A DNA stretch of 43,891 bases from Escherichia phage vB-Eco-KMB35. The position numbers and the translations under genes were made by a program. Each line of letters begins with the position of its first letter. The first letter of the stretch is position 1. Shown one piece after another: positions 16,901 through 27,207 of the stretch. The stretch lies in the sequence record OR525704.1; one strand, 5' to 3'. The notes under the pieces are model-generated. The model ran no database searches, was not told the origin of the DNA, and saw only the letters and a list, made by a program, of their open reading frames with translations.

Positions 16901-18300
16901 TGAGCGACTTATATTTCCCACGTAGCCTTAAGCCGGTGGTATCGAAAGGCTACTCAATGACCAGACGCAACAACGTCTGGAGTGTAGATTTAGCCGGTGG
17001 CGGAGTGCGTCAAGGCCGTGACACGTATTATGATGTGTTCCCAATAAGCGTAACCCTGATTACATCTGCACTAGGGCGACAGGCGTTCCTGTCGTTCCTT
17101 GAGAAAGTGGACGGCGGCGCGTCAAGTTTCTGGATGGCGCATGACTTCGGCATGGGTATTGAAGATTATCAGGTAACCATCACGTCCACCATCGCGGAGT
17201 CCACCGAAGACGGCATTAACTGGACGATTACTTTCACGGCAACCGCCGAGAAATCCCCGTTCCAGGACCAAGAGAACCAGTGCCTGATTAACAATCTTCC
17301 AGATTTGTACGGTTGTTACGGGGATTGTCTGGGTAGTTTCCTGAAAATATACGCGAACTACGAGACTACGTTCCCGCGCATCTGGAGCAATGAAGGGCCT
17401 GCCGGGCATCCACCGATTAACCTTCTGGCGTCGACTCTTGATAGCCGCATTGTTTACGACGGGCCACAGGTTTACTACATCAACCGAAATGGCAATCTTG
17501 TGCAGTCCGCCACTAATGAATGGCCTCTTACGTTTATCGATGGAGTTGCTGTTGGGCGTGTACCACCGGAAAAGGCGGCTACCAATGTGGTAGAACATTC
17601 TAACAACTTACTATCTACATCATTTTCACGTACCAGAACAACAACCACGGCGAGTTCTTTGGCGTTATTCCAAGAAACTTATGCTGCTAAATTAACCGCA
17701 ACGTCGGTATCAGGTAACCATTATATAAACCAGATGGTGGCTCCCGCACCGGGAACAAGGTATTCTCTTAGCGCTATCATGAAAGCAGATGAGTACCAGT
17801 CGGCAGCGGTAGTCATCGGCAACCGAGCCGCTTTAGATAATTTCCAGTATGCCTATGTTGACTTAGCCTCCGGCTATTTGATATCAGGCGACACCTCAAG
17901 GTCGTTCGTAAGCAATCTTGGTGGTGGGTGGTATCACGTTTCAATGTCAGCGGACACTAACGACTCCGGCGGATTGATTTATTCGCAGATAAACATGTTG
18001 TCGCCGTCTAACTCCCTCACCTTCACAGGGGATGATGTCAGTGGGTTCAATGTGGCTCTAATTCAATTGGAGGCATCGCCATTTGCCACATCGCCAATAG
18101 TAACCGATGCGTCACCGGTAACCAGACACACGGCATCGGCAAAAGTAGCAATGAACGGCGCAACAAGCATCGACATTACCTATTCAGACGGCTCCGTGAT
18201 AAACGTTCAGGCTGTTGACGGTTACGCCTCCATACCCCAAGCGGATTCGGCGTGGGGTAGTAAGTACATCACTCGTATTGATTTTAATGTGGACGGTTAA
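16900..18300 (+). CDS. Distal tail protein, lambda gpM-like N-terminus with about 340-aa C-terminal extension
   Basis: N-terminal FLSFLEKVDGGASSFWMA resembles gpM FLEEHGGWKSFLW region (recollection); follows tape measure. Confidence 0.5.
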   Translation: MSDLYFPRSLKPVVSKGYSMTRRNNVWSVDLAGGGVRQGRDTYYDVFPISVTLITSALGRQAFLSFLEKVDGGASSFWMAHDFGMGIEDYQVTITSTIAESTEDGINWTITFTATAEKSPFQDQENQCLINNLPDLYGCYGDCLGSFLKIYANYETTFPRIWSNEGPAGHPPINLLASTLDSRIVYDGPQVYYINRNGNLVQSATNEWPLTFIDGVAVGRVPPEKAATNVVEHSNNLLSTSFSRTRTTTTASSLALFQETYAAKLTATSVSGNHYINQMVAPAPGTRYSLSAIMKADEYQSAAVVIGNRAALDNFQYAYVDLASGYLISGDTSRSFVSNLGGGWYHVSMSADTNDSGGLIYSQINMLSPSNSLTFTGDDVSGFNVALIQLEASPFATSPIVTDASPVTRHTASAKVAMNGATSIDITYSDGSVINVQAVDGYASIPQADSAWGSKYITRIDFNVDG

Positions 18301-18303
18301 TTT

Positions 18304-18819
18304 ATGAGCCAGGAATCTGTAGAAGCCGCCTATCGCCGTAAGCTGGCCTCAAATCCCGACGGCGAGATGGACTACATCACGTTGCAAATCAGCCACCCGT
18401 TGTTGTCAAAGACGTACTATCTTGTTCGTGGGCTACAGGAACTTACGGCGACACTGGAAACCGGCGAAACTATCACATTCGAACCCACCCCGATGGAGGC
18501 GTCGGGGGCCGCTAACAACAGTGATATGGACCAGACGACCACGTTTACTTTACCGGATATCCTCAATCAACTTGATGATGAGATGGATAAAATCCCAATG
18601 GGCAATACGGAGTTGCCGAAGTTCGTATTTCGCCGTTACGTCAGCACCGACCTGTCTTATCCGGCGGACGGCCCTGTCGTGTACGAGTTACAGGCCATCA
18701 ACCAGGAGAAGGGCGAGTTCTCTGCGGATGTCGGTACACCTATGCTGAACCAACGAAGCACTGGTATACTGATGACACCTAAAGAGATACCGTTATTACG
18801 CGGCCTGTTGACTACATGA
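18304..18819 (+). CDS. Minor tail protein
   Basis: 171 aa, gene order in tail-tip module. Confidence 0.45.
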   Translation: MSQESVEAAYRRKLASNPDGEMDYITLQISHPLLSKTYYLVRGLQELTATLETGETITFEPTPMEASGAANNSDMDQTTTFTLPDILNQLDDEMDKIPMGNTELPKFVFRRYVSTDLSYPADGPVVYELQAINQEKGEFSADVGTPMLNQRSTGILMTPKEIPLLRGLLTT

Positions 18820-19181
18820 ATATTAACGACTACACGGGAATACCTTACGACTTTCGCAAACGTAATTGCTGGCATCACGTGCGCATTGTCCGCGCGGATG
18901 CCGGGTTAGAAACCCCAGCGTTCGACGTTGCAAGCCCAACGGCGATTAACGAAGCGTTCGACGAAGGACATCGCAACACGAAGGGACTTACAAAAATTGA
19001 TAAGCCTGAAAACTTCTGTGCGGTGCTTATGGGGTATCGCCGCGGCGGTCGTATCGTGTGGCACGCAGGAGTTTACTTCGACGGGATGGTGAGCCATTGC
19101 GAGCTTGCTTCCCGTCAGGTACGGCTTGACAGGCTGGCGGATCTCAGAGACACGTACACGGAGATTGAATTTTGGCGATAA
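18816..19181 (+). CDS. Tail assembly protein with NlpC/P60-like Cys-His signature (gpK-like)
   Basis: 121 aa; conserved C and H residues (NCWHH, HAGVY, SHCE); gene order. Confidence 0.45.
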   Translation: MNINDYTGIPYDFRKRNCWHHVRIVRADAGLETPAFDVASPTAINEAFDEGHRNTKGLTKIDKPENFCAVLMGYRRGGRIVWHAGVYFDGMVSHCELASRQVRLDRLADLRDTYTEIEFWR

Positions 19182-21739
19182 TCCTGCACTACACGCGAAA
19201 CGCTGATGGCGCTTTCAACCGTACAAAACACGTCGGGATGCCGATGGAGTTTGTCGTTAACCGTATCCCGGACGGCGTTCCGGTACGCGTCTATCTTGGC
19301 GAGATTGGTGATGATACTGATGTTACAGACGACTTCGACGCGCTCAAAGACGAGGACGCCGTGTACCACATTATTGAGGGCGCTGGCGGCGGCATTGGCG
19401 ACGCCATCGGGAGTGTATTCAGTTTCATCCTTAAGCCAATCGCCAAATTGTTCGGGCTAAACACAGCGGCTAACGCTAATTATTCCGCTACCAACAATCA
19501 GGCTACGTCGCCTAACAACAGTCTCACCGACCGCTCAAACAAGCCACGACCTTATGAGCGTTCCTATGATATCTGCGGGACAGTGCAGACCATCCCCAAT
19601 GACCTGATGCAGACATATAAGGTGTTTAATGCCGCGGGTGCGCTTATTGAATATGCGTACTATGACGCCGGTCGAGGGTATCTGCATATTGAGGAAGACG
19701 GTGTAACTGAGGCAGATACCCGAATCAGCGAGATAACTGGCTCGTCGGTGACGGTGTATTCTCCTTACACTTCGCCGAATAACACCAGCACACCACAATT
19801 GCGTATCGGCGACCCTATAGACCAGAAATTGTACGTTACATTTAAAAACGCCGATGTCGATGGCGCTGTTCTTCCCGCCCCTAATGATATCGCTATAGAC
19901 GTGCAGGACTACACTGTCCAGCGGCAGGGAACAACCGGCGTTGTAGTAGGCGATGACGCTGGTTTCGATGAGTTTTTGGCGGTCGGGGACCTGGCATACT
20001 TCGATAACGTATATGCAGATACAACCCCAGGGTCTTTGGGTAATGAGGTTAACCTGGACGGGAGGTACACGGTTCTTTCGGTTAGTGAAACCACCCTTAT
20101 TGTGGACGTCAGTACAAATCAATCAGTATGGAACCAGCTAGGGGCGTCTGTGTGGTTTATAGGTGAAGAGGGTAACCATCTTATAGGCCCGGCGGACACT
20201 TACGCGGCTTCTCTCTCTGAATGGGCGTACATCACCCGCGGTACTGTCGACCGTGTTGTAGCCAATGTCGCCGCCAGCAACGGCATGTATAAATACAACG
20301 GCGACTATAACCGCGCTTCTGTGACGGTGGAACTGCAATACCAGATGGTCGACGAGTTGAAACAACCTGTAGGTGATGTATTTACCGTACAAGGAACCGT
20401 AACAGGCCGGAACACGGATTACACAGGGATTACTCTTTACGGAAGTTTACCAACTGCTTCCAGATTCCGCGCCCGTATGCGTCGTGTTTCTGACACCGAT
20501 AAAGATTTTGAAGGTACTGTTAGTGACGAGGTTACTTTCACTAATCTGTACGGACAGTCACTGGACACAACACCGCACTACGGCAACCGCACTACGGTGC
20601 ACTGCGCCCGTAAACAAACACCACGTGCGGCGGAGGTGTCCGAACCGGAACTGCGCATGATTGCTACTGAGATGTGTTACAAATACTTAGGCAATGGGGT
20701 GTTCGATACAGTAATGACCCCAAATACGCAGGCTGTGCAATCGCTAATCAGACTGGCGCGCGACCCGGCGGTTGGCAATCTGGAGCTGACAACAGCAAAC
20801 ATGGACAAGTTACTCGCCGTGCAGGAAGAAATCGAGTCCTATTTCGGAAGTAAGTTAGCAGGTCAGTTCTGCTACACGTTCGACGACTACGACACAACCA
20901 TGCAGGACATAGTTCAGACCATAGCGGAAGCCGAGTTTTGTACTGCGTACCGTAAAGGTGCGGATATTATGCTGCGATTCGACCGTCCGGTTGCAGGGCC
21001 TGAGATGGTGTTCACTCACCGTAGCAAAACTACCGGTACAGAGAAATGGACCCGCACGTTCAACGATTCGACAACCTACGATAGCCTGTCGTTCTCGTAT
21101 ATCGACCCGGATACTAACGTACAGGAAACGATTTATATCCCGGAAGAACTCGGAGCAAACACCGAGGAATATGAATCGAAGGGCGTACGTAACTATCAGC
21201 AGGCATATTGGCTGGCGTGGCGTCGCTACCAGCGCAACGCGTTAAGTAAAGTTGTCGTAGAGTTCGAAGCTACCGAAGAGGGGGCACTCGCTACACCGGG
21301 CGGCGTAATCAGCGTGGTTAAAGGCTCACGCATCGCGCCGCAGGATGGTTATGTTGTTGCCGTTAACGGGCTTACGCTTACGCTGTCTCAGCCAGTTACG
21401 TTTACCCCCGGAGACGACCACTCCATCATCCTCAAGAAGCGCGATGGCTCTGTGCAGAGTATCTCGGTTATCAAAGGAAGCCACGACCGCGAGGTGATTA
21501 TGCTCTCCGCGCCGGAAGAAGCAATCTACACGGGGAATAGCGCGCTAAAAACTGAGTTTTCATTCGGCAACGAAGCAAGGCATAATGCCCAGAAGATAGT
21601 TGTTTCTTCAATCGACCCCGGCGACGACCGCACGGTCAAGATTACGGGCTACAACTATGATGACGGATTCTATAAATACGACGGCGTCGCGCCATACGGC
21701 AGCGGTTTCTCCGACGGATTCAGCAATGGTTTTAATTAA
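19172..21739 (+). CDS. Tail tip / host specificity protein (gpI-like N-terminus fused to J-like body)
   Basis: 855 aa; Gly-rich GAGGGIGDAIGSVFSFILKP segment like gpI C-terminus; start uncertain (TTG 19172 or ATG 19238). Confidence 0.5.
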   Translation: MAIILHYTRNADGAFNRTKHVGMPMEFVVNRIPDGVPVRVYLGEIGDDTDVTDDFDALKDEDAVYHIIEGAGGGIGDAIGSVFSFILKPIAKLFGLNTAANANYSATNNQATSPNNSLTDRSNKPRPYERSYDICGTVQTIPNDLMQTYKVFNAAGALIEYAYYDAGRGYLHIEEDGVTEADTRISEITGSSVTVYSPYTSPNNTSTPQLRIGDPIDQKLYVTFKNADVDGAVLPAPNDIAIDVQDYTVQRQGTTGVVVGDDAGFDEFLAVGDLAYFDNVYADTTPGSLGNEVNLDGRYTVLSVSETTLIVDVSTNQSVWNQLGASVWFIGEEGNHLIGPADTYAASLSEWAYITRGTVDRVVANVAASNGMYKYNGDYNRASVTVELQYQMVDELKQPVGDVFTVQGTVTGRNTDYTGITLYGSLPTASRFRARMRRVSDTDKDFEGTVSDEVTFTNLYGQSLDTTPHYGNRTTVHCARKQTPRAAEVSEPELRMIATEMCYKYLGNGVFDTVMTPNTQAVQSLIRLARDPAVGNLELTTANMDKLLAVQEEIESYFGSKLAGQFCYTFDDYDTTMQDIVQTIAEAEFCTAYRKGADIMLRFDRPVAGPEMVFTHRSKTTGTEKWTRTFNDSTTYDSLSFSYIDPDTNVQETIYIPEELGANTEEYESKGVRNYQQAYWLAWRRYQRNALSKVVVEFEATEEGALATPGGVISVVKGSRIAPQDGYVVAVNGLTLTLSQPVTFTPGDDHSIILKKRDGSVQSISVIKGSHDREVIMLSAPEEAIYTGNSALKTEFSFGNEARHNAQKIVVSSIDPGDDRTVKITGYNYDDGFYKYDGVAPYGSGFSDGFSNGFN

Positions 21740-21751
21740 AGAGGACTCTAT

Positions 21752-23932
21752 ATGTCAAGCGGATGCGGTGACGTTTTAAGCCTGGTGGATTTACAAACCG
21801 CCAAGAAACACCAGATTTTCGAGGCCGAGGTTATCACCGGTAAAGCTGGCGGTGTAGCTACGGGTGCTGATATTGATTACGCAACTAATCAGGTTACGGG
21901 ACAGACACAGAAGACGTTGCCAGCCGTGTTGCGTGACGCCGGGTTCAGACCTGCGCCATTCACATTCGAAACAGGTGGGACTTTGGGCGTTAACGACGCT
22001 GACCTGGCGGTGTTGTGGCCAGGGCCATCAGGCGACGGCAACTATTATGCATGGAAAGGTGCCCTGCCAAAAACCATCCCGGCATCTTCAACCCCGGCGT
22101 CTACGGGCGGAGTAGGCCAGACCGCATGGGTTGCCGTTAGTGAAGCTGCATTGCGCCGTGATTTGGCCCTAAGCACTGGCGCAGGGTTAGTTGGGACAAC
22201 ATCCGGCAGGACCGTACAGGCAGAGTTTGACTACCGCAAGACTCAAGCAGCAAAAACAGAGATAAACATACTTGACTACCTTCCGGATAACGTGATCGCG
22301 GCGCTAAACGATGTTAACGCGTCAAAAGCTCTAGGAAGCGTAAGGACATACATTGAGCAGGCTTTAGCGGCAGCAACGAGCGCGAATATCGGTACGGGGG
22401 TTACTTTACGTTTCCCGGCTGGGTTCTTTTGGCTTGATTCTACTCTTAACCTACCTCGTAGGACGCGTATTATCGGGGTCTATCCAGAAACATATTTCAT
22501 GGCGCTCCCTAGCTTCACTGGCACTAACGTAATTGCTGGCGCTACAGGGCCTGCTATCGTCGCTATTGATAATTCAGGGCAAGACCCGTTTTATATTGAA
22601 GGTTTCCAGATAAACGCAGATGGTTCACAGCCGAATGTGGTTGGACTTCACATTGGCGGCTGCCGTAATGCTGTCGTCCGCCGGGTATCCGTATCCGGTA
22701 CCTTCGATGCTGGTGTTGTTATCCACCCTAAAAACGCAACATCTGGAGACGTAGAGAACCTTGAATTAAGCCATGTATGGACCTTAGGCGGGGGGCTTGT
22801 GCTCCGGTCTAATACCGCTATTACCCGCGGCAATTTAACAGGTCTGTCATTCCGGGATTGCATGTTCTTCAGTACAATCGACAACAACCCATCATGGGCG
22901 ACATCCGGTAACCCTAGTATTAGGTTCTCCTGCCATGTAGACCGACAGATTTTTGCATGTACATTCGACCGCGTTGGCTGGGCGAGCCGTGCGACATACG
23001 CCATCTACTCAGAAAGTCTTGCTGGAGATACCGCGTCAGACGTAAAAGGTTTCCGAGATATTCATTTCTCAGATTTCCACGGAGAAGCGCATAACGCCGA
23101 CGGCTCTCTAACATCAGATTGTACGTTCGCTCTTCTCACAAAGATGCGGAACAGCACATTTACTAACATCCAACGCTCCGGCGCTGTGACTCGCGGCGGT
23201 ATTATCATGGATGGGTGCGAATACGTAACATTCAACTCAGTATCGTTTGCGGACCCTAATATCACAACAGGAACAACGGCACCCATTTGTGTATACCAGA
23301 ACTCCACCAACAGATTTAATAGATTTATTAACTGTGACTTAACAGATGCAACCGGAAGTATGTTTGATTTAGCTGGTTGGACTATAGCCCAGAGTGTTAT
23401 GTATTATTTTAAAGGTTTATTTTGGGATGATAGCGGAACCAGTATATGGGAAAGCGAACAGATGTCTTCTACGCCGCGAGTACTGTTTCACCGAGCGGCG
23501 CTAAACCAAAGTAACGGCAGCGGATACCCACAGCAGTCGGGGGTGACTATGGCGACATCGGGTGATAACTTGCAAGTTACTTTCGCGAGAGACGCCACTA
23601 CAAAACTGTTTACTATCCCAATAACTTCGGCGTCAGGAGCTTTTAATAACCAAGACCGAGTGTATGTCTTATTCCGCCATCAGTTCACTAGCTATGGAAC
23701 TAATACGGTTGTAAAAATTGGACTAGGAAACTCTTATGTAACCATATCCCCTCAGAGTGGGAGTGATTATTTTGCGGCTATTAGCCTTAAAAGAAGTCAG
23801 GCTACAAGTTTTAACATTCAAGTTATATACAGCGGTGCATCTGCCGATTGTGGAATTCTAATTCGAGATTTAGTAATTTCTGACAGGATGCCGTGGGCGC
23901 CAAACTTCACCAAATCCTTACTTTGCGATTAA
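21752..23932 (+). CDS. Tailspike / tail fibre receptor-binding protein, probable beta-helix (possible depolymerase)
   Basis: 726 aa, last structural gene; body rich in repetitive G/N/T/S beta-strand-like segments. Confidence 0.55.
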   Translation: MSSGCGDVLSLVDLQTAKKHQIFEAEVITGKAGGVATGADIDYATNQVTGQTQKTLPAVLRDAGFRPAPFTFETGGTLGVNDADLAVLWPGPSGDGNYYAWKGALPKTIPASSTPASTGGVGQTAWVAVSEAALRRDLALSTGAGLVGTTSGRTVQAEFDYRKTQAAKTEINILDYLPDNVIAALNDVNASKALGSVRTYIEQALAAATSANIGTGVTLRFPAGFFWLDSTLNLPRRTRIIGVYPETYFMALPSFTGTNVIAGATGPAIVAIDNSGQDPFYIEGFQINADGSQPNVVGLHIGGCRNAVVRRVSVSGTFDAGVVIHPKNATSGDVENLELSHVWTLGGGLVLRSNTAITRGNLTGLSFRDCMFFSTIDNNPSWATSGNPSIRFSCHVDRQIFACTFDRVGWASRATYAIYSESLAGDTASDVKGFRDIHFSDFHGEAHNADGSLTSDCTFALLTKMRNSTFTNIQRSGAVTRGGIIMDGCEYVTFNSVSFADPNITTGTTAPICVYQNSTNRFNRFINCDLTDATGSMFDLAGWTIAQSVMYYFKGLFWDDSGTSIWESEQMSSTPRVLFHRAALNQSNGSGYPQQSGVTMATSGDNLQVTFARDATTKLFTIPITSASGAFNNQDRVYVLFRHQFTSYGTNTVVKIGLGNSYVTISPQSGSDYFAAISLKRSQATSFNIQVIYSGASADCGILIRDLVISDRMPWAPNFTKSLLCD

Positions 23933-23936
23933 AACT

Positions 23937-23962
23937 AAGGCCCCTTTTGGGGCCTTTTCTCT
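23937..23962. terminator. Bidirectional terminator ggcccc-tttt-ggggcc then ttttctc
   Basis: Perfect stem-loop between convergent tailspike gene and minus-strand replication operon. Confidence 0.7.
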
Positions 23963-24098
23963 ACTCTTCTGATAACTTCTCCAGTACAAACGCCAGTTGC
24001 GCATTAGCGGCATCTCTCTGCTGACGTAGTCGTAGAACCTCTTCTTCGAGTTCCTTGATACGTTTTTGCAATGCTGGAATCGGGGCTATGATGTTCAT
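23961..24098 (-). CDS. Small coiled-coil protein (45 aa)
   Basis: ORF below track cutoff; heptad-like KRIKELEEEVLRLRQQRDAANAQLAFVLEKL. Confidence 0.35.
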   Translation of the reverse strand: MNIIAPIPALQKRIKELEEEVLRLRQQRDAANAQLAFVLEKLSEE

Positions 24099-24280
24099 TT
24101 CTCACCTTCGCTTTTCTTGAAGCTGCGCTTTATGTCCGGCAGCGTGTAACATCGTGACTTTTCATATTTACCGTTCGAGCTTACTAAAACAAAGCTGTTG
24201 CCGTCTTTTGATATGTACTCGATGGTGAAAGTATTGAATGAGCGTATGCTGTATATTTCATCGCCAACATTAAGTTTCAT
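24095..24280 (-). CDS. Hypothetical protein (61 aa)
   Basis: Start overlaps helicase stop; translationally coupled. Confidence 0.45.
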   Translation of the reverse strand: MKLNVGDEIYSIRSFNTFTIEYISKDGNSFVLVSSNGKYEKSRCYTLPDIKRSFKKSEGEK

Positions 24281-25701
24281 TTCTTACCTCGTCTCTTCAT
24301 GTAATTAAGCAACTCTTCCTGTACCGATTTTTTCTCGTCCGTACGCGCGGCAACAACCTCGTCCAGCGTGTCTTTAGCGACGATATGATAGAGGAACACC
24401 GGGCGCTCGTGTCCCGCCTGTTTCTGGCGGACCGGGCCTATGCGCTCAACAACCTGTAAATAGTGCTCAAGGTTCCACCCTTGCGAAATAAACGCCAGAT
24501 GATGTCCGCCGTCCTGTAAATTCAAACCATGACCAGCTGACGCAGGATGCACGCATAAGATTTCGATTTCGCCACGGTTCCACGCTTCCATCTGCTTATT
24601 ACCCTTCGCACCTTTAGCAAACGCCTGTGCTTGCGGGAATCGCTTAAGGATACGCTCCAGTTCGTGCTTGAACTGATAAGCCACCAGTAACGGCGCACCT
24701 TGTAGCTCCTCAACAATTGACTCGAGCGCATCCAGTTTCGTGTCGTGCACTTTCTCCCAGTCTTTGGTTGCTTCTCCGTCGTCACCCGTCACATACACGG
24801 CACCGGAAGCAATCTGCAAACACTTAGACGTCTTCGCTGCCGCGTTAGCCGCTTCAACTTCCCCGCTCTCCAGTTCCGCGAATAACTTTTCCTCCATATC
24901 GATGTACGCCTGACGCGCTTTCTTCGGCAGGTCGATTTCAACAGGTACGATAACCGGCGCTTCGCATCCGAACCACTCAGCGGCGTCAATCGTGAGACTG
25001 ATGTCCTTCATCTTCTGGTGGATTTCAGTATCCGCACCCGGGCGGGCGTGGTATTCGCGCGCCATAGCAGATTTGCCCTTCTGCACCGAGTTAAACCAGC
25101 GGTCGGTGAATGCCGTGTACGAAGAACCGAGGCGCTCGCCCGCGTCGATAAACCAGTTCTGTCCCCACAAGTCCTTGAGGCCGTTAGGCGATGGTGTACC
25201 TGTCAGGTTGATAAAACGCTTAACCTTTCCGAACGCCACTCTACTAAGCGCCTTCGCCCGCTTGCTGCCGCCTGAACGGCTGCGGAATGACTTCAGTTTC
25301 GTGCTTTCATCGGCAACGATAACGGTAAAAGGCCAGTCGTCTTTGCCGTAGTAGTCAATCAACCACTCTATTACCTCATAGTTCGTGCACACCACGTTAG
25401 CGTCCGACTCCAGCGCCGCGATGCGGCGCTTCTCTGAACCGGTCGCGTCTACGACACGCAGACATGGGAAATTCCACTTAGTTTGTTCCGCCGGCCATGT
25501 GCCTGATGCAACGCGCAACGGGGCGAGGATTAACACGCGGTCCTCTTCTGTAAGCTGCCCGTTGCGGAACAGTCGGTTTAATGTCCACAGTACGCTGCCA
25601 GTCTTCCCGGCGCCCATGCTCGCCCAAATATTACAGCGATGGTGCCGCAACATGAACGAAGTCATTAGCTTCTGGTATTCGCGCCTTTGAAACTTACTCA
25701 T
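24277..25701 (-). CDS. SNF2/DEAD-like superfamily 2 helicase
   Basis: 474 aa; Walker A GAGKTGS, DExx box VIVADESTK, C-terminal helicase domain. Confidence 0.75.
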   Translation of the reverse strand: MSKFQRREYQKLMTSFMLRHHRCNIWASMGAGKTGSVLWTLNRLFRNGQLTEEDRVLILAPLRVASGTWPAEQTKWNFPCLRVVDATGSEKRRIAALESDANVVCTNYEVIEWLIDYYGKDDWPFTVIVADESTKLKSFRSRSGGSKRAKALSRVAFGKVKRFINLTGTPSPNGLKDLWGQNWFIDAGERLGSSYTAFTDRWFNSVQKGKSAMAREYHARPGADTEIHQKMKDISLTIDAAEWFGCEAPVIVPVEIDLPKKARQAYIDMEEKLFAELESGEVEAANAAAKTSKCLQIASGAVYVTGDDGEATKDWEKVHDTKLDALESIVEELQGAPLLVAYQFKHELERILKRFPQAQAFAKGAKGNKQMEAWNRGEIEILCVHPASAGHGLNLQDGGHHLAFISQGWNLEHYLQVVERIGPVRQKQAGHERPVFLYHIVAKDTLDEVVAARTDEKKSVQEELLNYMKRRGKK

Positions 25702-26488
25702 TTACGGCCCCCATGAACGCCTTTATAAATTCAGCGGCTACTTGCGGGACGATAGCATTGCCGTAACCGCGCAATCGTCCCACTCTGGCGGGTACCCCAT
25801 TAGCCAGCGGGAATGTGCTGGGTTCAACTGGCCTGAATTTTCCATCCCGGCATCCGAGCCAGTCAGCATCTGACCAGAACCCGTTAGGCGGATTGGCTGT
25901 GTCAGAGATGCCTCTGTTTGCAGATTGTGGCCCCCGTTCCTGCCCTGATGGCCTGCTCCCGCCGAGTTGTTCGCACACGGTGTTGGCCAGTTGCTGCGCT
26001 CCGAAGAACAATCGATTCCTTTTGTGCGGTGCGCCGACGCTACAAGCTGGGAGTACGGCAAACCCGACGGCGTAGTCTTCTCTTTCCAGGTGAGTTTGTA
26101 AATCGCACATCCACGATTTTGCAATTGCTGCCGCAACCTGCTCCCCAAAGATGACTGGAGGGTGGCACTCGCTGATGAGGTCGAGGAGCACAGGTGCGAG
26201 GTGTCTCTGGTCGAACTGTCCGAGTTGCTTTCCTGCCGTGCTAAACGGTTGGCAAGGCGGACTTCCCGTCCATATAGGCGTATCTTCAGAAACTCCCGCA
26301 AGTCTGAGCGCGAGAGGCCAGCCGCCGATACCCGCGAAAAAATGACACTGGGTGAACCCGTCAAGGTCTTCTGGCTTAACTTCGGTAATGCTTCTTTCAT
26401 CTACAACTCCAAAAGGTATGTGACCCTGTTTTATCAACTCACGCAGCCACGCGGCTGCGCCTTTATCCCATTCATTGTAATAGTTCAT
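25694..26488 (-). CDS. DNA (cytosine-5) methyltransferase
   Basis: 264 aa; motif I FAGIGGW, motif [13 protein letters not shown], QxRxR-like KRNRLFF, C-terminal GNAIVP. Confidence 0.7.
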   Translation of the reverse strand: MNYYNEWDKGAAAWLRELIKQGHIPFGVVDERSITEVKPEDLDGFTQCHFFAGIGGWPLALRLAGVSEDTPIWTGSPPCQPFSTAGKQLGQFDQRHLAPVLLDLISECHPPVIFGEQVAAAIAKSWMCDLQTHLEREDYAVGFAVLPACSVGAPHKRNRLFFGAQQLANTVCEQLGGSRPSGQERGPQSANRGISDTANPPNGFWSDADWLGCRDGKFRPVEPSTFPLANGVPARVGRLRGYGNAIVPQVAAEFIKAFMGAVNE

Positions 26489-26676
26489 TTCGCCACCAGC
26501 ACCAGCTCTTTACGCCCGAACGCCGTAACGTTACCCGTTACATCTTCGATAACCAGTTTACCGTTCGACTCGACGAACACCGTATCAACGGCAACAGGTT
26601 GACGTGTCTTAACGTTGAAAATCATGTCACCCGGTACGATGTCACGTGCTGGTTTGCGGTCGTATTCGTGTTTCAT
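26485..26676 (-). CDS. Hypothetical protein (63 aa)
   Basis: RBS AAGGAA; overlaps methyltransferase start. Confidence 0.45.
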   Translation of the reverse strand: MKHEYDRKPARDIVPGDMIFNVKTRQPVAVDTVFVESNGKLVIEDVTGNVTAFGRKELVLVAK

Positions 26677-26706
26677 TTCTCAATTCCTTATATTGTTGGT
26701 GTGTGA

Positions 26707-26994
26707 TTAACTATAATAGCCCGCTATTAGGTCGTCAACCTGTTTAAACGAACCAACGACAAAAACATTTGCACCACGTTTACGCATCCGCTCGTGCTCT
26801 CGTAACTGGTGCGGGTCCGGCTTCGTGTTTTCGTCTTTCTTAACCTCGACGAACCAGATGATGCCACCAGGGAGAATTACCAGCAGGTCGGGGGCGCCGG
26901 AGCGCCCCTCATAAGACAGCTTACGAACGAGGCCACCAATGGCCTCGAATCGCTCTTTTGCGTATTTCTGCACGCGCCCCTCAGGCGTACTCAT
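26707..26994 (-). CDS. VRR-NUC domain nuclease
   Basis: 95 aa; PDLLVI...VEVKK PD-(D/E)XK-type motif. Confidence 0.7.
   Translation of the reverse strand: MSTPEGRVQKYAKERFEAIGGLVRKLSYEGRSGAPDLLVILPGGIIWFVEVKKDENTKPDPHQLREHERMRKRGANVFVVGSFKQVDDLIAGYYS
26709..26738 (-). promoter_or_regulatory. Promoter element family B (minus-strand TTGACG-N17-TATAGT) overlapping the 3' end of the VRR-NUC gene
   Basis: 30-nt element aactataatagc-NNN-ctatt-NNNN-cgtcaa shared with 30898 and 33447. Confidence 0.45.
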
Positions 26995-27075
26995 CTATAC
27001 ACCCCTCACGTTTCGTATGTTCAGTACCGCAGCGCGGACAGATTCGACAGTCTTCTTCATAAAACCAGTAGATTT

Positions 27076-27207
27076 TCATTCCAGCACCCACAGATAAATT
27101 GCGATGAACATGCCCAATATGGCAACCATCATGCCGTATTGACCCTCGTGACAGTAGACACCGGCAGCAAATCCCGCCAGTACCGCGATAATCAGTTTAC
27201 TTGGCAT
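27076..27207 (-). CDS. Small membrane peptide (43 aa)
   Basis: Strong AAGGAG RBS; hydrophobic sequence LIIAVLAGFAAGVY...MMVAILGMFIAIYLWVL. Confidence 0.45.
   Translation of the reverse strand: MPSKLIIAVLAGFAAGVYCHEGQYGMMVAILGMFIAIYLWVLE

Noticed and set aside
26709-26738. Family B element at 26709 as a purely coding coincidence
   Set aside because: Not dismissed: it lies within the last codons of the VRR-NUC gene, but the match to the other two copies over 23 of 30 positions and the correct spacing to the downstream gene make a functional internal promoter more likely. Kept at reduced confidence.
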